Assembly: GCA_018699755.1 (NCBI GenBank)
Contig: JABIRQ010000089.1
Location: forward strand, 1 to 33,537
Length of the DNA stretch: 33,537 nt
Origin: Rhodospirillaceae bacterium
GTDB lineage: Bacteria; Pseudomonadota; Alphaproteobacteria; CADEGL01
Direction: 5' to 3'
In this document: piece by piece, positions 9,331 through 18,569 of the stretch
How positions within the stretch are numbered: the stretch's first letter is position 1
Layout of the letters: each line of letters starts with the position of its first letter
The notes under the pieces: model-generated
What the model was told of the DNA's origin: nothing
The model's database searches: none
Seen by the model: the letters and a program-made list of their open reading frames with translations, nothing else
Position numbers and translations under genes: made by a program

Positions 9331-10428
9331 ATGGCGATTCGAAAGGTGGGGGTTCTCGGGGCGGGAACGATGGGCAGCGGCATCGCCCAAAGCGCGGCGC
9401 AGAACGGCTATTCCGTCGTGATGGTGGATACCAACGACGCGGCCGTCGGACGGGCCCTCGACGGCGCCGCCAAGACCTGGGACCGAGGAGTCGAAAAAGG
9501 CCGCCTGACGGAAAAGGATGCGGAAGCGGCAAAAACCAATCTGTCCGCCAGCGCATCGATCGACGATCTGCACGACGCAGACTTGGTGATCGAAGCCGTA
9601 TTCGAGGATTTCGACGTCAAAGCGACCCAGTTCCGCACGCTCTCCGATATTGCGCGGGCGGACGCGATCCTCGCCACCAACACCAGTTCCTTCCGGGTCG
9701 ACGACTTGGCCCAGCACGTGGCCGAGCCGGGTCGCTTCCTGGGCATGCACTATTTCGTGCCGGCAAACATCAACAAGCTGGTCGAGGTGGTGCGCGGCGA
9801 ACGGACCGAAGACGGCACGTTTGCAGCGGCTCTCGCCTTCGCCAAAGCGACGAAGAAGGAACCGCTGGCCTGCCGCGACAGCTATGGCTTCGTCGTCAAC
9901 CGGTTCTTCTGCCCCTGCGTCAACGAAGCCGTCCGCCTGGTCGACGAAGGCCATACGCAGGAGCGGGTCGACGCCGTCTCGCGCCGGGTTTTCGGCGCGC
10001 CCTTGGGGGCATTGACCGTGATGAACCTGAGCAAGGCGCGGATCGCGATGAACGCCTGCCGGACCTTGGGCCGCCTCGGCGCCTTCTATGAGCCTTGCGC
10101 AGGCCTGATCCGCATGGGCGAGGCGGATGCCGCCTGGGATTTCGGCGACGAACCGCCCGCCGACGACGCAGCCGACACGGTCATCGCGGACCGATTGCGG
10201 GGCGCCACCTATCTGGCCGCCCTCGAACTGTTGGACGAAGAGGTCGCCGAAGCGGATGGCATCGACCTCGGGGCCTTTCACGGCCTGCGCTGGGAAACCA
10301 CGCCTTGCGCCGCAATGGACACTCTCGGCCCGGATGAGACGAGACGGATCGTCGACGCGGTGGCGGCGCTTTATGGCCGCGAGACACCCCGCAGCACGGC
10401 CCGTGCCGGGGGCTTTCTGGCCGGGTGA
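9331..10428 (+). CDS. 3-hydroxyacyl-CoA dehydrogenase family protein, about 365 aa
   Basis: Rossmann motif VGVLGAGTMGSGIAQ at the N-terminus. TNTSS, HYFVPA and NRFF motifs belong to the 3HCDH N and C domains. ATG 9331 has GAGAGG 5 nt upstream; an in-frame GTG at 9325 is an alternative start. Confidence 0.85.
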   Translation: MAIRKVGVLGAGTMGSGIAQSAAQNGYSVVMVDTNDAAVGRALDGAAKTWDRGVEKGRLTEKDAEAAKTNLSASASIDDLHDADLVIEAVFEDFDVKATQFRTLSDIARADAILATNTSSFRVDDLAQHVAEPGRFLGMHYFVPANINKLVEVVRGERTEDGTFAAALAFAKATKKEPLACRDSYGFVVNRFFCPCVNEAVRLVDEGHTQERVDAVSRRVFGAPLGALTVMNLSKARIAMNACRTLGRLGAFYEPCAGLIRMGEADAAWDFGDEPPADDAADTVIADRLRGATYLAALELLDEEVAEADGIDLGAFHGLRWETTPCAAMDTLGPDETRRIVDAVAALYGRETPRSTARAGGFLAG

Positions 10429-10462
10429 AGCAGCGCGAGCGGCGCGGGATGTTGATTCGCAT

Positions 10463-10487
10463 ATTGCAAATCCCTTCGCAATTTGCG
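10463..10487. promoter_or_regulatory. AT-rich dyad cluster (candidate upstream activator/operator site)
   Basis: ATTGCAAAT (10463-10471) and the 11-bp palindrome CGCAA-T-TTGCG (10477-10487). The 9-mer GCAATTTGC is the reverse complement of GCAAATTGC at 10621-10629. The centre lies 143 bp upstream of the promoter-overlapping palindrome. Confidence 0.35.
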
Positions 10488-10607
10488 CCCTCGCGTTGTT
10501 CGGCCCTGGGGCAACCCCATGACCGATTCCCGCCACAATTCAAGCTCACGGCGCGGTTGCTCATCGCTCCCGCCCCAGGCCGCAGGCTCGTGCAACGGTG
10601 ATCCCGA

Positions 10608-10624
10608 CGGCACGTTATTTGCAA
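10608..10624 (+). promoter_or_regulatory. Sigma-54 (RpoN) -24/-12 promoter
   Basis: CGGCACG-TTAT-TTGCAA versus consensus TGGCACG-N4-TTGCW, with correct GG/GC spacing and one mismatch. It lies in an AT-rich island of a 309-nt intergenic region, about 115 nt upstream of the 10738 start, on the same strand. Confidence 0.6.
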
Positions 10625-10737
10625 ATTGCATTGTCTTGGGAATGAGCCGGCCCGAACAATGGCCATAAGAACCGGCCCCCGGAAGGCTGCCGGTCGCGTG
10701 GGGACGAAGCGGGCGGTCGTGGTGGGAGTGCGACGCT

Positions 10738-11316
10738 TTGGTGGAGAGGTCCGCCACAGGACATGACGCCAGAAGGCACGAACGGAAGGTTTCGCGCCGC
10801 GCCATTCTGCGCGCCGGCCTGATCGCGGGTACGGGCTTTGGTTCCGCCATGCTGTTTGGCTCGCAAACGCGCGCCAACTCGCTGCCGCCGCCCAACGGCG
10901 AGGTGCTGCTCAAGGTCTCGGGGCGGATCGAGAACACGAGCGACGGCGAACACGCCTATTTCGATCGAGCCATGCTGGAAAGCATCGGCCTTTGGAACGT
11001 CAACACCTCCACCCCCTGGTCCAACGCCCCGAACCGTTTCGAAGGCGTTCTCGCACGTGACCTGCTGCGCGCCGTCGGCGCCAAGGGCGATCGCGTGACC
11101 GCCAAGGCGCTCAACGATTACGTCATCGACATTCCGATAGCGGATTTCCTCAAATATCCGGTCATCCTGGCCATCAAGAAAGACGACAACTATTTGAAGA
11201 TTAGAGACAAAGGCCCCATCCAGATCGTGTATCCTCGCGACAGCTATGCTGAGTTGAACAGTCCGCGCTATTCTCAGAAATGGGTCTGGCACCTGAGCGA
11301 GCTGATCGTGAAATGA
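10738..11316 (+). CDS. Small periplasmic protein with oxidoreductase molybdopterin-binding-like fold (YedY/SUOX-domain-like), 192 aa, Tat-like signal
   Basis: Twin-arginine-like SRRAILRAGLIAGTG leader. The pattern W..N.FEGVLARDLL...V.AKALNDY.IDIP..D...YPVILA...D..L.IRDKGP.QIVYP fits the short Moco-domain-like proteins. TTG start at 10738 (GTG 10741 is an alternative), with GGGAG 9 nt upstream. Confidence 0.7.
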   Translation: MVERSATGHDARRHERKVSRRAILRAGLIAGTGFGSAMLFGSQTRANSLPPPNGEVLLKVSGRIENTSDGEHAYFDRAMLESIGLWNVNTSTPWSNAPNRFEGVLARDLLRAVGAKGDRVTAKALNDYVIDIPIADFLKYPVILAIKKDDNYLKIRDKGPIQIVYPRDSYAELNSPRYSQKWVWHLSELIVK

Positions 11317-14300
11317 AACTTTTCTCCCGCTTTCGCGGTTACGGGCTTCTGACCGTTACCTTGCTGATCTTTACAGTCAGCGTGTTCTTCAGCGTGGATA
11401 AGATGCTGAAGGAACAGTCGAACCTGATCGGGCAGCAGCAGGAAAACATCATCCGGGCAACGACGCAGACGGAGATCGAGCTGTTCCGGCTGCTCGATTC
11501 CCTGATCCGGTTCGGTGCGCGCGATCCCGATACAAAGCCCGAGGATGTCAGCCGGCGCTTTGACATCTTCCTCAGCCAACTCCAGGGATTGCGCCAAGGT
11601 CAATTCGGCGAAATCCTCTTTCAGATCGATGGTGCGGAGCAGACCCTCGAAGCAATCACGATCGAACTGGACGATATCGAACCCAGGGTCATTTTCCTCA
11701 GCCAGGGCGATATCGAAGCCACGAAATCGATCGAGAGCCGCCTGCGGGCGCTGACCGCGCCCATCCACACCCTGGGAATCCAGGCGTCCCAGCTTGACGA
11801 CGAGAAGCGCGGTGAGCGGCGCAAGCGCCTGAACGACGTCTATTTCGAACTGATCATCTATTTCGCCGGCATCATGCTGAGCGGCAGCGTTTTGGTCTTC
11901 TTCCTGTTCCGCGGCATGCGCCGCGCCCGTCGCCTGCTGGAAGAACGGGAGCGCACGGAAGAGCGGCTGCGCGATAGCGAAGGCCGCTTCCGGGATTTTG
12001 CATCCTCTTCATCCGATTGGTTGTGGGAAACCGACGACCGGCTGCGCTTCACCTATTTTTCGAAAGGCTATCTCGAAAAGATCGGAGTCAACGCGATCGC
12101 AATCCTGGGCAAGACCTTCGAGGAACTGTCCGATGGCCAGCCGGAGGGCGAAGCCTGGAGCGGCTTTCAGAATTCCCTCGAAATCCACGAGCCATTCCGC
12201 GAATTCAGCTTCGACATGAAGACCGAGTCGAGCGAGGTGCGGCACATCAAGGTCAGCGGCGGGCCGACCTTCGACGCCGAACGGAACTTCAAGGGCTATC
12301 GCGGAACCGGCACCGACATCACCGCCCAGGTCGAGGCCGAGACCGAAGCCGAACGCACCCGGACCCTTCTGGCCGAAGCGGTCGAAGCCCTGGCCGAGGG
12401 CTTCGCCATGTTCGACCCGGATGACCGCCTCGTCCTGTGCAACAGCAAATTCCGGGAGATGTACCCGCAGAGCGCGGACCTCATCCGGCCCGGCATCGTC
12501 TTCGAAGACATGATGCGCGGCGCCGTGGAGCGGGGCCAGTTCAGCGTTCCGCGCGGCGAAGAGGAAACCTGGCTGCAAATGCGCATGGAACGCCACCGCA
12601 GAAGCCAGGGTTCGTTGGAGCAGCGCATGGGCGACGGGCGCTGGCTGAAAGTCATCGAACAGCGCCTCGCCAACGGCTGGATCGTCGGCACCCGCGTCGA
12701 CATCACCGACCTCAAGCAGCGGGAGGAGACGCTGCGGCGCGAAGCCCTGATCTGGGAGCAGATGCATGACGGCGTGATGATCACGGATCTCGTCGGCAAT
12801 ATCACGAATTGGAACCCAGCGGCCGAGCAGATGTTCGGCTATACCGCCGCAGAAATTCTGGGACGCAAGCCGTCGGTGCTGCGGGGCGATTCGGACAGCG
12901 ACTTCCTGACCCGGCGCGTGCTCGAAGAAGTCGGCCGCCAGGGGCGCTGGTCGGGAGAGGTCGGGTTCCACCGGCGCGACAAGAGCAAGGTTATTTGCGA
13001 GACGGTGGTGGCGCCGTTGCGCTCAGAAGCGGACGACATCATCGCCATTATCTGGGTCATTCACGACGTGACCCTGCGCAAGCGGTCGGAGCAGGAATTG
13101 CGCAGCGCAAAGGAGGTGGCCGAGCAGGCGAACCTCGCCAAGTCGCAGTTCCTCGCGACCATGAGTCACGAAATCCGAACGCCGATGAACGGCGTGCTCG
13201 GCATGGTCAACCTGCTTCTCGACACCCGCTTGCAGGACGAACAGCGCAGCTATGCGGAGACCGCGCGCGAATCGGGCGAGGCGCTGCTGACCATCATCGA
13301 CGACATCCTCGACTTCTCGAAGATGGAAGCCGGCAAGATGGCGATGGAATCGACGGAGTTCGAGCTGCGCCATGTCGTCGAAGGCGTTGTCGAACTGCTG
13401 GCGCCAAGAGCCCAGGCCAAGAATATCGATATTTCGTCCTATATCGGCCCGGATGTGCCGACGGTGGTGCTGGGCGATCCCGGGCGCTTCCGTCAGGTTC
13501 TGCTGAACCTCGCGGGCAACGCCGTCAAATTCACCGAGACGGGCGGCGTCGCCGTCAGCGCTTCGCTGGACCGTATATCGGGCAACGACGCCGTCCTCCG
13601 CATCAATGTGAGCGATACCGGCGTCGGCATACCGGACGATCAGAAAGAGGATCTGTTTAACGAATTCACCCAGGTCGACCCCTCCTATACGCGCAAATAC
13701 GGCGGCACCGGGCTAGGCTTGGCGATTTCAAAGAAACTATCCGAGCTGATGGGAGGCGAAATCGGCTTGGATAGTGAGGTCGGCAAGGGCAGCACATTCT
13801 GGTTCACCGCCCGTCTCGGCCTGGACTCCGAAACCATCACCACCCCCGGCTGGGGCGACGGCCTGAAAGGCCTTCGCGCGCTGATCGTGGACGGGTCCGC
13901 AACCAATCTCATCAGCTATCGCGAGCAGATGGCTCCCTTCGGCGTAGAGTTCGAGATGCGCGACAGCGCTGAAGGCGCTCTGGAATGCCTGGCCGACGCG
14001 GCCGCACGCGGCACGCCCTTCGACGTCATGATTGTGGACAAGGCAATATCCGACGGCAGGGGGGAGCATATCGCCGAAGCGGTCCGGCGGAGCGCTGGGA
14101 TCGGAGCTACGAAGCTGATCCTGGTCACCCCGCTCCCCGACCGAGGGCGCACCGACGACTATCTGGCGGCCGGTTTTGACGCGCATCTGACGAAACCCGT
14201 GCGGCAGATCACCCTGTTCACGAAACTTGCCGAAGTGACGGATCGGCCCGCCGCACTGGAGGTCATCCAGACCCGGATCGAGGATCGCCGCGAAGCCCCG

Positions 14301-15167
14301 ATCGAAATTTCTCCGGAGGCCGCCGCCCATGCGCGCCTTCTGCTTGCCGAAGACAGCAAGGTCAATCAGGTCGTGGCGTTGGCGATGCTCGACAAGGCCG
14401 GCTACCGGGTCGACGCCGTCAACAATGGACGCGAAGCTTACGAGGCCGTTCAATCCGGGGCCTATGACGTGGTCCTGATGGATGTCTCGATGCCGGAGAT
14501 GGACGGCTTCGACGCCACGATCGCGATCCGCAACCTGCCCGGCGATGTGAGTCGGACGCCTATCATCGCCATGACCGCCCATGCCATGGAGGGCGATCGC
14601 GAGAAGTGCCTTGCGGCGGGCATGAACGACTATGTGTCCAAGCCCGTCGACCGCTTCAATCTGCTTTCGACGGTCGCGAAATGGCTCGGCGGCGAAGTGC
14701 CGAGCGAAGCGGTCGCCCGCGTCGCCCAGCAGTCCGTCTCTGCGAGGCGAAGCGACCTATCGAATGCCTCCGCAGATCCTGCCGCCGTCCGGTCCGGCGA
14801 TGCGCGCGACGCGACGCTCGACCAGCAAATCTTCGGCCAGCTCGCGGAAGACACGACACCGCAGATGCTCGACAGTCTGATCCGAACCTTCATCGCCGAA
14901 ACCGCGGGCCGGCTCCGTCGTATGACGCAGGCGGCTCCGGCAGCGGATCTGAACGTTCTCGAGCAGGAGGCCCACGCACTCAAGAGCAGCTCCGGCGCTT
15001 TCGGCGCATGGCGCCTACAGGATCAGGCCCTCGCCCTGGAAATGGCAGCCCGCCAAGGCCAGCGCGATGAGGCTCTAGGCCTTATTCGACCGGTCCAGCT
15101 TCTGGCGCTCGAAGCCTCTCATGCCCTAATCGATCGCGTTCAAAACTCGCCTCAGGCCGCCCAGTAA
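11313..15167 (+). CDS. Hybrid sensor histidine kinase: 2 TM + periplasmic helical region, 3 PAS, HisKA/HATPase, 2 receiver domains, C-terminal Hpt; 1284 aa
   Basis: ATGA overlap with the upstream gene (11313-11316). H-box [15 protein letters not shown] (His codon 13167-13169), N-box [28 protein letters not shown]. Second receiver has [13 protein letters not shown] (Asp codon 14481-14483). Hpt motif [13 protein letters not shown] (His codon 14973-14975). Confidence 0.9.
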   Translation: MKLFSRFRGYGLLTVTLLIFTVSVFFSVDKMLKEQSNLIGQQQENIIRATTQTEIELFRLLDSLIRFGARDPDTKPEDVSRRFDIFLSQLQGLRQGQFGEILFQIDGAEQTLEAITIELDDIEPRVIFLSQGDIEATKSIESRLRALTAPIHTLGIQASQLDDEKRGERRKRLNDVYFELIIYFAGIMLSGSVLVFFLFRGMRRARRLLEERERTEERLRDSEGRFRDFASSSSDWLWETDDRLRFTYFSKGYLEKIGVNAIAILGKTFEELSDGQPEGEAWSGFQNSLEIHEPFREFSFDMKTESSEVRHIKVSGGPTFDAERNFKGYRGTGTDITAQVEAETEAERTRTLLAEAVEALAEGFAMFDPDDRLVLCNSKFREMYPQSADLIRPGIVFEDMMRGAVERGQFSVPRGEEETWLQMRMERHRRSQGSLEQRMGDGRWLKVIEQRLANGWIVGTRVDITDLKQREETLRREALIWEQMHDGVMITDLVGNITNWNPAAEQMFGYTAAEILGRKPSVLRGDSDSDFLTRRVLEEVGRQGRWSGEVGFHRRDKSKVICETVVAPLRSEADDIIAIIWVIHDVTLRKRSEQELRSAKEVAEQANLAKSQFLATMSHEIRTPMNGVLGMVNLLLDTRLQDEQRSYAETARESGEALLTIIDDILDFSKMEAGKMAMESTEFELRHVVEGVVELLAPRAQAKNIDISSYIGPDVPTVVLGDPGRFRQVLLNLAGNAVKFTETGGVAVSASLDRISGNDAVLRINVSDTGVGIPDDQKEDLFNEFTQVDPSYTRKYGGTGLGLAISKKLSELMGGEIGLDSEVGKGSTFWFTARLGLDSETITTPGWGDGLKGLRALIVDGSATNLISYREQMAPFGVEFEMRDSAEGALECLADAAARGTPFDVMIVDKAISDGRGEHIAEAVRRSAGIGATKLILVTPLPDRGRTDDYLAAGFDAHLTKPVRQITLFTKLAEVTDRPAALEVIQTRIEDRREAPIEISPEAAAHARLLLAEDSKVNQVVALAMLDKAGYRVDAVNNGREAYEAVQSGAYDVVLMDVSMPEMDGFDATIAIRNLPGDVSRTPIIAMTAHAMEGDREKCLAAGMNDYVSKPVDRFNLLSTVAKWLGGEVPSEAVARVAQQSVSARRSDLSNASADPAAVRSGDARDATLDQQIFGQLAEDTTPQMLDSLIRTFIAETAGRLRRMTQAAPAADLNVLEQEAHALKSSSGAFGAWRLQDQALALEMAARQGQRDEALGLIRPVQLLALEASHALIDRVQNSPQAAQ

Positions 15168-15182
15168 CGCCCCGCCTGGCCG

Positions 15183-15797
15183 TCAACATTCCGGTATGGC
15201 CCGGCGCGTTGCGCGCGGCCCCGTCTTGCCGCAGTCCTCGCCCCACCGGCGAACCGCCCCCGTATCGATATCGAACAGGTCGAGGACCCGGCCCAAAGTC
15301 TGATCGATCAGGGCCTCGACCGAATCCGGTGCCGCGTACATGGCCGGGACGGGCGGGTAGACGATCGCGCCGATCTCCGTCGCGCGCAGCATCGATTGGA
15401 GGTGACCGGCGTGGAGCGGCGTTTCACGCACCATCAGGACAACCCGGCGACGTTCTTTGAGCGCCACGTCCGCCGCGCGGGTGAGAAGGCCGGCAGTGAC
15501 TCCGGTGGCGATCTCCGACAGGCTGCGAATCGAACAAGGCGCGACGATCATCCCGTCTGTGCGGAAAGAGCCGCTGGCAATAGCGGCGGCGATATCGTCG
15601 TTTGCATAGGCAATATCGGCGAGGGCCCGGACATCGGCAGCTTTGTGGCCGGTTTCATGGGCCAAGGTGACCTCGGCCGACCGCGTCATGACCAAATGTG
15701 TTTCGACTCCGGCCCCGCGCAGCAACTCCAGCAACCTGATGCCGTAGATGACGCCGGACGCGCCGCTGATCCCGACGATCAAGCGCCGCAGCATCAT
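15183..15797 (-). CDS. ubiX: Flavin prenyltransferase UbiX (prenylated-FMN synthase), 204 aa
   Basis: Start at MMLRRLIVGISGASGVIYG. Motifs MIVAPCSIRSLSEIA and LVMVRETPLH are typical UbiX/Pad1. The upstream 46 codons of the ORF were not called. Confidence 0.9.
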   Translation of the reverse strand: MMLRRLIVGISGASGVIYGIRLLELLRGAGVETHLVMTRSAEVTLAHETGHKAADVRALADIAYANDDIAAAIASGSFRTDGMIVAPCSIRSLSEIATGVTAGLLTRAADVALKERRRVVLMVRETPLHAGHLQSMLRATEIGAIVYPPVPAMYAAPDSVEALIDQTLGRVLDLFDIDTGAVRRWGEDCGKTGPRATRRAIPEC

Positions 15798-15825
15798 GTC
15801 TTGCGCCCCATTCGCCAACGGTGAC

Positions 15826-16560
15826 CTAGTAGCCGGCCGCATGGGCACGCGGCTGCGTGCCCGCGTGGAGGAATCCAGCGAGAGACATGAAATCGAATAT
15901 CGGCAGTTCGACTGCCTGCTGAATGCGCCGGGCATAGACCGGATAAAGCGCGCATTCGAGGATGATGGCTCCCATATCGGGCGTTTCCGCGATCATCTCC
16001 TTGGCCGTCTCGACCAGTTCGGCGCAAAGTTTGTCCGTGTCGAGCGAGCCCCGACCATTCAACACGCCCTCGCGGAACTCAGGCTTGTCCTGCATGCCGG
16101 CGACGACGATCGGCGCATCTTCTTCGATTCCGGTCAGCGCAAGAACGTCCGGGCGCAAACGGTCCGAATGGGCGGTGATCACACCGATCGGACGTCCTCC
16201 AAGCCCGGCGGCAACGAACGGAAGCTGGAGCAGGCTGGAAAGTCCGACCGGCACATCGACGGAATCCGCCACGGTCCGCTGATACTTGATCATGAAGCCG
16301 CAATTGCTGGTGATCGTCTTCACCCCCTGGGCGGCGAGCTCACGCGCCATCTCGACGACCGTGGGTTCGAGCGCCGGATCGCATTTCGTCACCCGCTCGG
16401 CGGTTGCACCCGGCACCGTCCGGAACAGCGTGGGATAATCGTAGCTTGAGGCGTTGCCCATATCGCCGCCCGGAACGCGGCACTCCTCGAAATCGAGCAG
16501 CAGCACGCCAATGGCATGGCCGTAGTGATATGCGCCCGGGCGCTTGCGATAAACCGGCAT
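15826..16560 (-). CDS. Asp/Glu/hydantoin racemase-superfamily protein, 244 aa
   Basis: IGVLLLDFEECRVPGGDMGNASSYDYP N-terminal pattern, and two candidate catalytic Cys contexts (ITSNCGF and ILECALY). It sits 28 nt upstream of ubiX on the same strand. Confidence 0.75.
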   Translation of the reverse strand: MPVYRKRPGAYHYGHAIGVLLLDFEECRVPGGDMGNASSYDYPTLFRTVPGATAERVTKCDPALEPTVVEMARELAAQGVKTITSNCGFMIKYQRTVADSVDVPVGLSSLLQLPFVAAGLGGRPIGVITAHSDRLRPDVLALTGIEEDAPIVVAGMQDKPEFREGVLNGRGSLDTDKLCAELVETAKEMIAETPDMGAIILECALYPVYARRIQQAVELPIFDFMSLAGFLHAGTQPRAHAAGY

Positions 16561-16670
16561 GGTGGCTCATTCCTCATCCTGCGAACTACCGGTCAAAGTA
16601 GTGCGGCTCCCGAGGGCGGTCCAGTGCGCGACAACGCTCGACCCCGGACATGCGCCAAGCGTATCGTTCG

Positions 16671-16682
16671 ATAGAAGAAATC
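16671..16682. promoter_or_regulatory. Short dyad TATCG-TT-CGATA in the divergent promoter region
   Basis: Seen between the divergent racemase-like (16560) and deacylase (16709) starts. It is short enough to occur by chance. Confidence 0.2.
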
Positions 16683-16708
16683 ATACCGACATGGGGAAGG
16701 ACGGGGGA

Positions 16709-17740
16709 ATGAGCGACGCGCCGACACGGGTTTCCTGCGATATCGACTTCGACAAGGACGGCCGCCAAGCGTCTTTTCTGGCGGTGGCCAATTCAGTGAA
16801 CGAATCGGCCTACGGCACGGTCACGATCCCTATCTACCAGTTCAAGAACGGCGACGGACCCACCATTTTCCTGTCGGGCGGCGTACATGGCGACGAATAC
16901 GAAGGTCAGGTGGTCCTGCGAAAATTGGCCCAATCCCTCGACGTCGCGAAGGTTCGTGGCCGCGTCATCGTCCTGCCCAGCATGAACCTGCCCGCGGCGC
17001 TGGCAGGCAAGCGCCTCTCGCCGATCGACAACCTGAACCTCAACCGTATTTTCCCGGGCAAGGCCGACGGCAGCATCACCGAAACCATCGCCCACTATGT
17101 CAGCCACGTCCTGCTGCCGCTGACCGATATCCAGGTCGATCTGCATTCGGGCGGCACGACCCTCGATTACATCCCCTGCATCATCATGAACGAGCAACCG
17201 GGGGACAAAGAGCGCGAGCGCAAGACCCACGAAGCGCTGATGGCTTTCGGTACGCCGATCGCGCTGATCTCCAAGGCATTGGATGCGACCGGCCTGTTCG
17301 AAGTCGAATGCGATGTGCGCGGCATCCTGAATCTGAACGCCGAATTGGGCGGGGCAGGCATGGTGCGCAAGCATATCGTGGAGATCGCCGAGACGGGAAT
17401 CCGCAATCTGCTGATTCATTTCGGTATCATGGAGGGGGAGATCGCTCGGCCGGAAACCATGGGTCGCGAGCCTTCGCGACTGATGAAGATCGCCGATTTC
17501 GACTCATTCGCGATGGTGCCGGACGACGGGCTGTACGAACCCTTCATCGAACTGGGAGACACTGTCGACGCGGGTCAGGCGATCGGTCAGGTTCACTACC
17601 TGCACCATACGGACAAGGAGCCTTGGGTCGTCCATACGAAAGCAGCGGGGACGCTCATCAACAAGCGCCCGCCGGGCAAGGTATCGCGCGGCGACAATGT
17701 CGCGATCTTCGCAGTCGATACGACCTATCCACCGGATTGA
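16709..17740 (+). CDS. Succinylglutamate desuccinylase/aspartoacylase (AstE/AspA) family Zn-deacylase, DoeB-like, 343 aa
   Basis: Zn-ligand motifs SGGVHGDEYEGQ and VDLHSGG, plus NLNRIFPG. Start chosen at ATG 16709 behind GGAAGGACGGGGG; ATG 16691 is an alternative. Confidence 0.85.
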   Translation: MSDAPTRVSCDIDFDKDGRQASFLAVANSVNESAYGTVTIPIYQFKNGDGPTIFLSGGVHGDEYEGQVVLRKLAQSLDVAKVRGRVIVLPSMNLPAALAGKRLSPIDNLNLNRIFPGKADGSITETIAHYVSHVLLPLTDIQVDLHSGGTTLDYIPCIIMNEQPGDKERERKTHEALMAFGTPIALISKALDATGLFEVECDVRGILNLNAELGGAGMVRKHIVEIAETGIRNLLIHFGIMEGEIARPETMGREPSRLMKIADFDSFAMVPDDGLYEPFIELGDTVDAGQAIGQVHYLHHTDKEPWVVHTKAAGTLINKRPPGKVSRGDNVAIFAVDTTYPPD

Positions 17741-17777
17741 GGGCGGCGCGACACCTGAGCAAGGAGGGGAGTGCAAT

Positions 17778-18569
17778 ATGGCGCAGATCGAGGGGCATAC
17801 GGGCGCAGGAGCCGGCGCGACGGCGGGAATTGCGGAACTGACGGCCAGCTACGATGCCGGCGTCGGGCCGCTGGGACGAATCGGTTTCGTCGCCCTGGCC
17901 AACGGCTACACGGCCGAGCACGAGGTCGGCCGCATGCTGCCGGAGGGCTTCGTCCTCTACATCACGCGGGTGTGGAGCGACAATTCCGTCACCCTCGACA
18001 ATCTGCGCCGGATCGAAAGCGACCTGACCCGGGCAGTGGGGATGATCCTGCCCCAGGACGAGTTGGACGTGATGGTCTATTCCTGCACTTCGGGCACGGT
18101 CGCCATCGGAGAGGAAGCGGTCGCCCGCTGCATCCATGCGGCCAGGCCCGGCATACCGGTCACGAACCCGATCACCGCTGCGCTGGCCGCCTTCGAAGCG
18201 CTGAAGGTCGGGCGCATCGCCCTCCTTACCCCCTATGTCTTCGAGGTGACCTCGGCCATGCGGGACTATTTTACGGGCCGCGGGCTGGAGGTCTCCAAAA
18301 CCGCCAATTTCAACATCGAGCTCAACTCGGACATCCAACGCGTCAGCCCGGCCTCGATCCGCGAGGCAGCCTGCGCCCTCGACCTCGATGGCGCGGACGC
18401 GCTGTTCGTTTCCTGCACCGCCCTGCGCACGGCGGAAGTGATCGAGGAGATCGAAGACGCCATCGGCAAGCCCGTGGTGACCAGCAATCAGGCCCTCGCC
18501 TGGCATGCCCTTCGGCTGGCCGGCCACGACAAGGCCATACCCAGTCTGGGCCGGCTATTTCGTTTGTGA
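17778..18569 (+). CDS. Maleate isomerase / arylmalonate decarboxylase-like protein (Asp/Glu racemase superfamily, EutA-like), 263 aa
   Basis: Two Cys motifs in the expected contexts (VYSCTSGT and FVSCTALR), plus PVVTSNQA near the C-terminus. AAGGAGGGGA lies upstream of ATG 17778. Confidence 0.8.
   Translation: MAQIEGHTGAGAGATAGIAELTASYDAGVGPLGRIGFVALANGYTAEHEVGRMLPEGFVLYITRVWSDNSVTLDNLRRIESDLTRAVGMILPQDELDVMVYSCTSGTVAIGEEAVARCIHAARPGIPVTNPITAALAAFEALKVGRIALLTPYVFEVTSAMRDYFTGRGLEVSKTANFNIELNSDIQRVSPASIREAACALDLDGADALFVSCTALRTAEVIEEIEDAIGKPVVTSNQALAWHALRLAGHDKAIPSLGRLFRL

Noticed and set aside
10451-10471. Possible second sigma-54 promoter at GATTCGCATATTGCAAA
   Set aside because: It has a TTGCA -12-like element but no GG dinucleotide at the -24 position. 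On the opposite strand, the GG..GC spacing of GGGCGCAAATTGC is two nt too short.
8404-10536. 710-aa ORF on the minus strand
   Set aside because: It is antisense to three well-supported plus-strand genes (DUF62 3' end, hydrolase, 3-hydroxyacyl-CoA dehydrogenase). It has no recognisable domain, so it is a shadow ORF.
15826-18569. Interpretation as an ectoine (doe/eut) catabolic locus
   Set aside because: DoeB-like and EutA-like proteins are present, but there is no ectoine hydrolase (DoeA/EutD), EutB/EutC or DoeC, and no adjacent regulator or dedicated transporter. The resemblance is at family level only.
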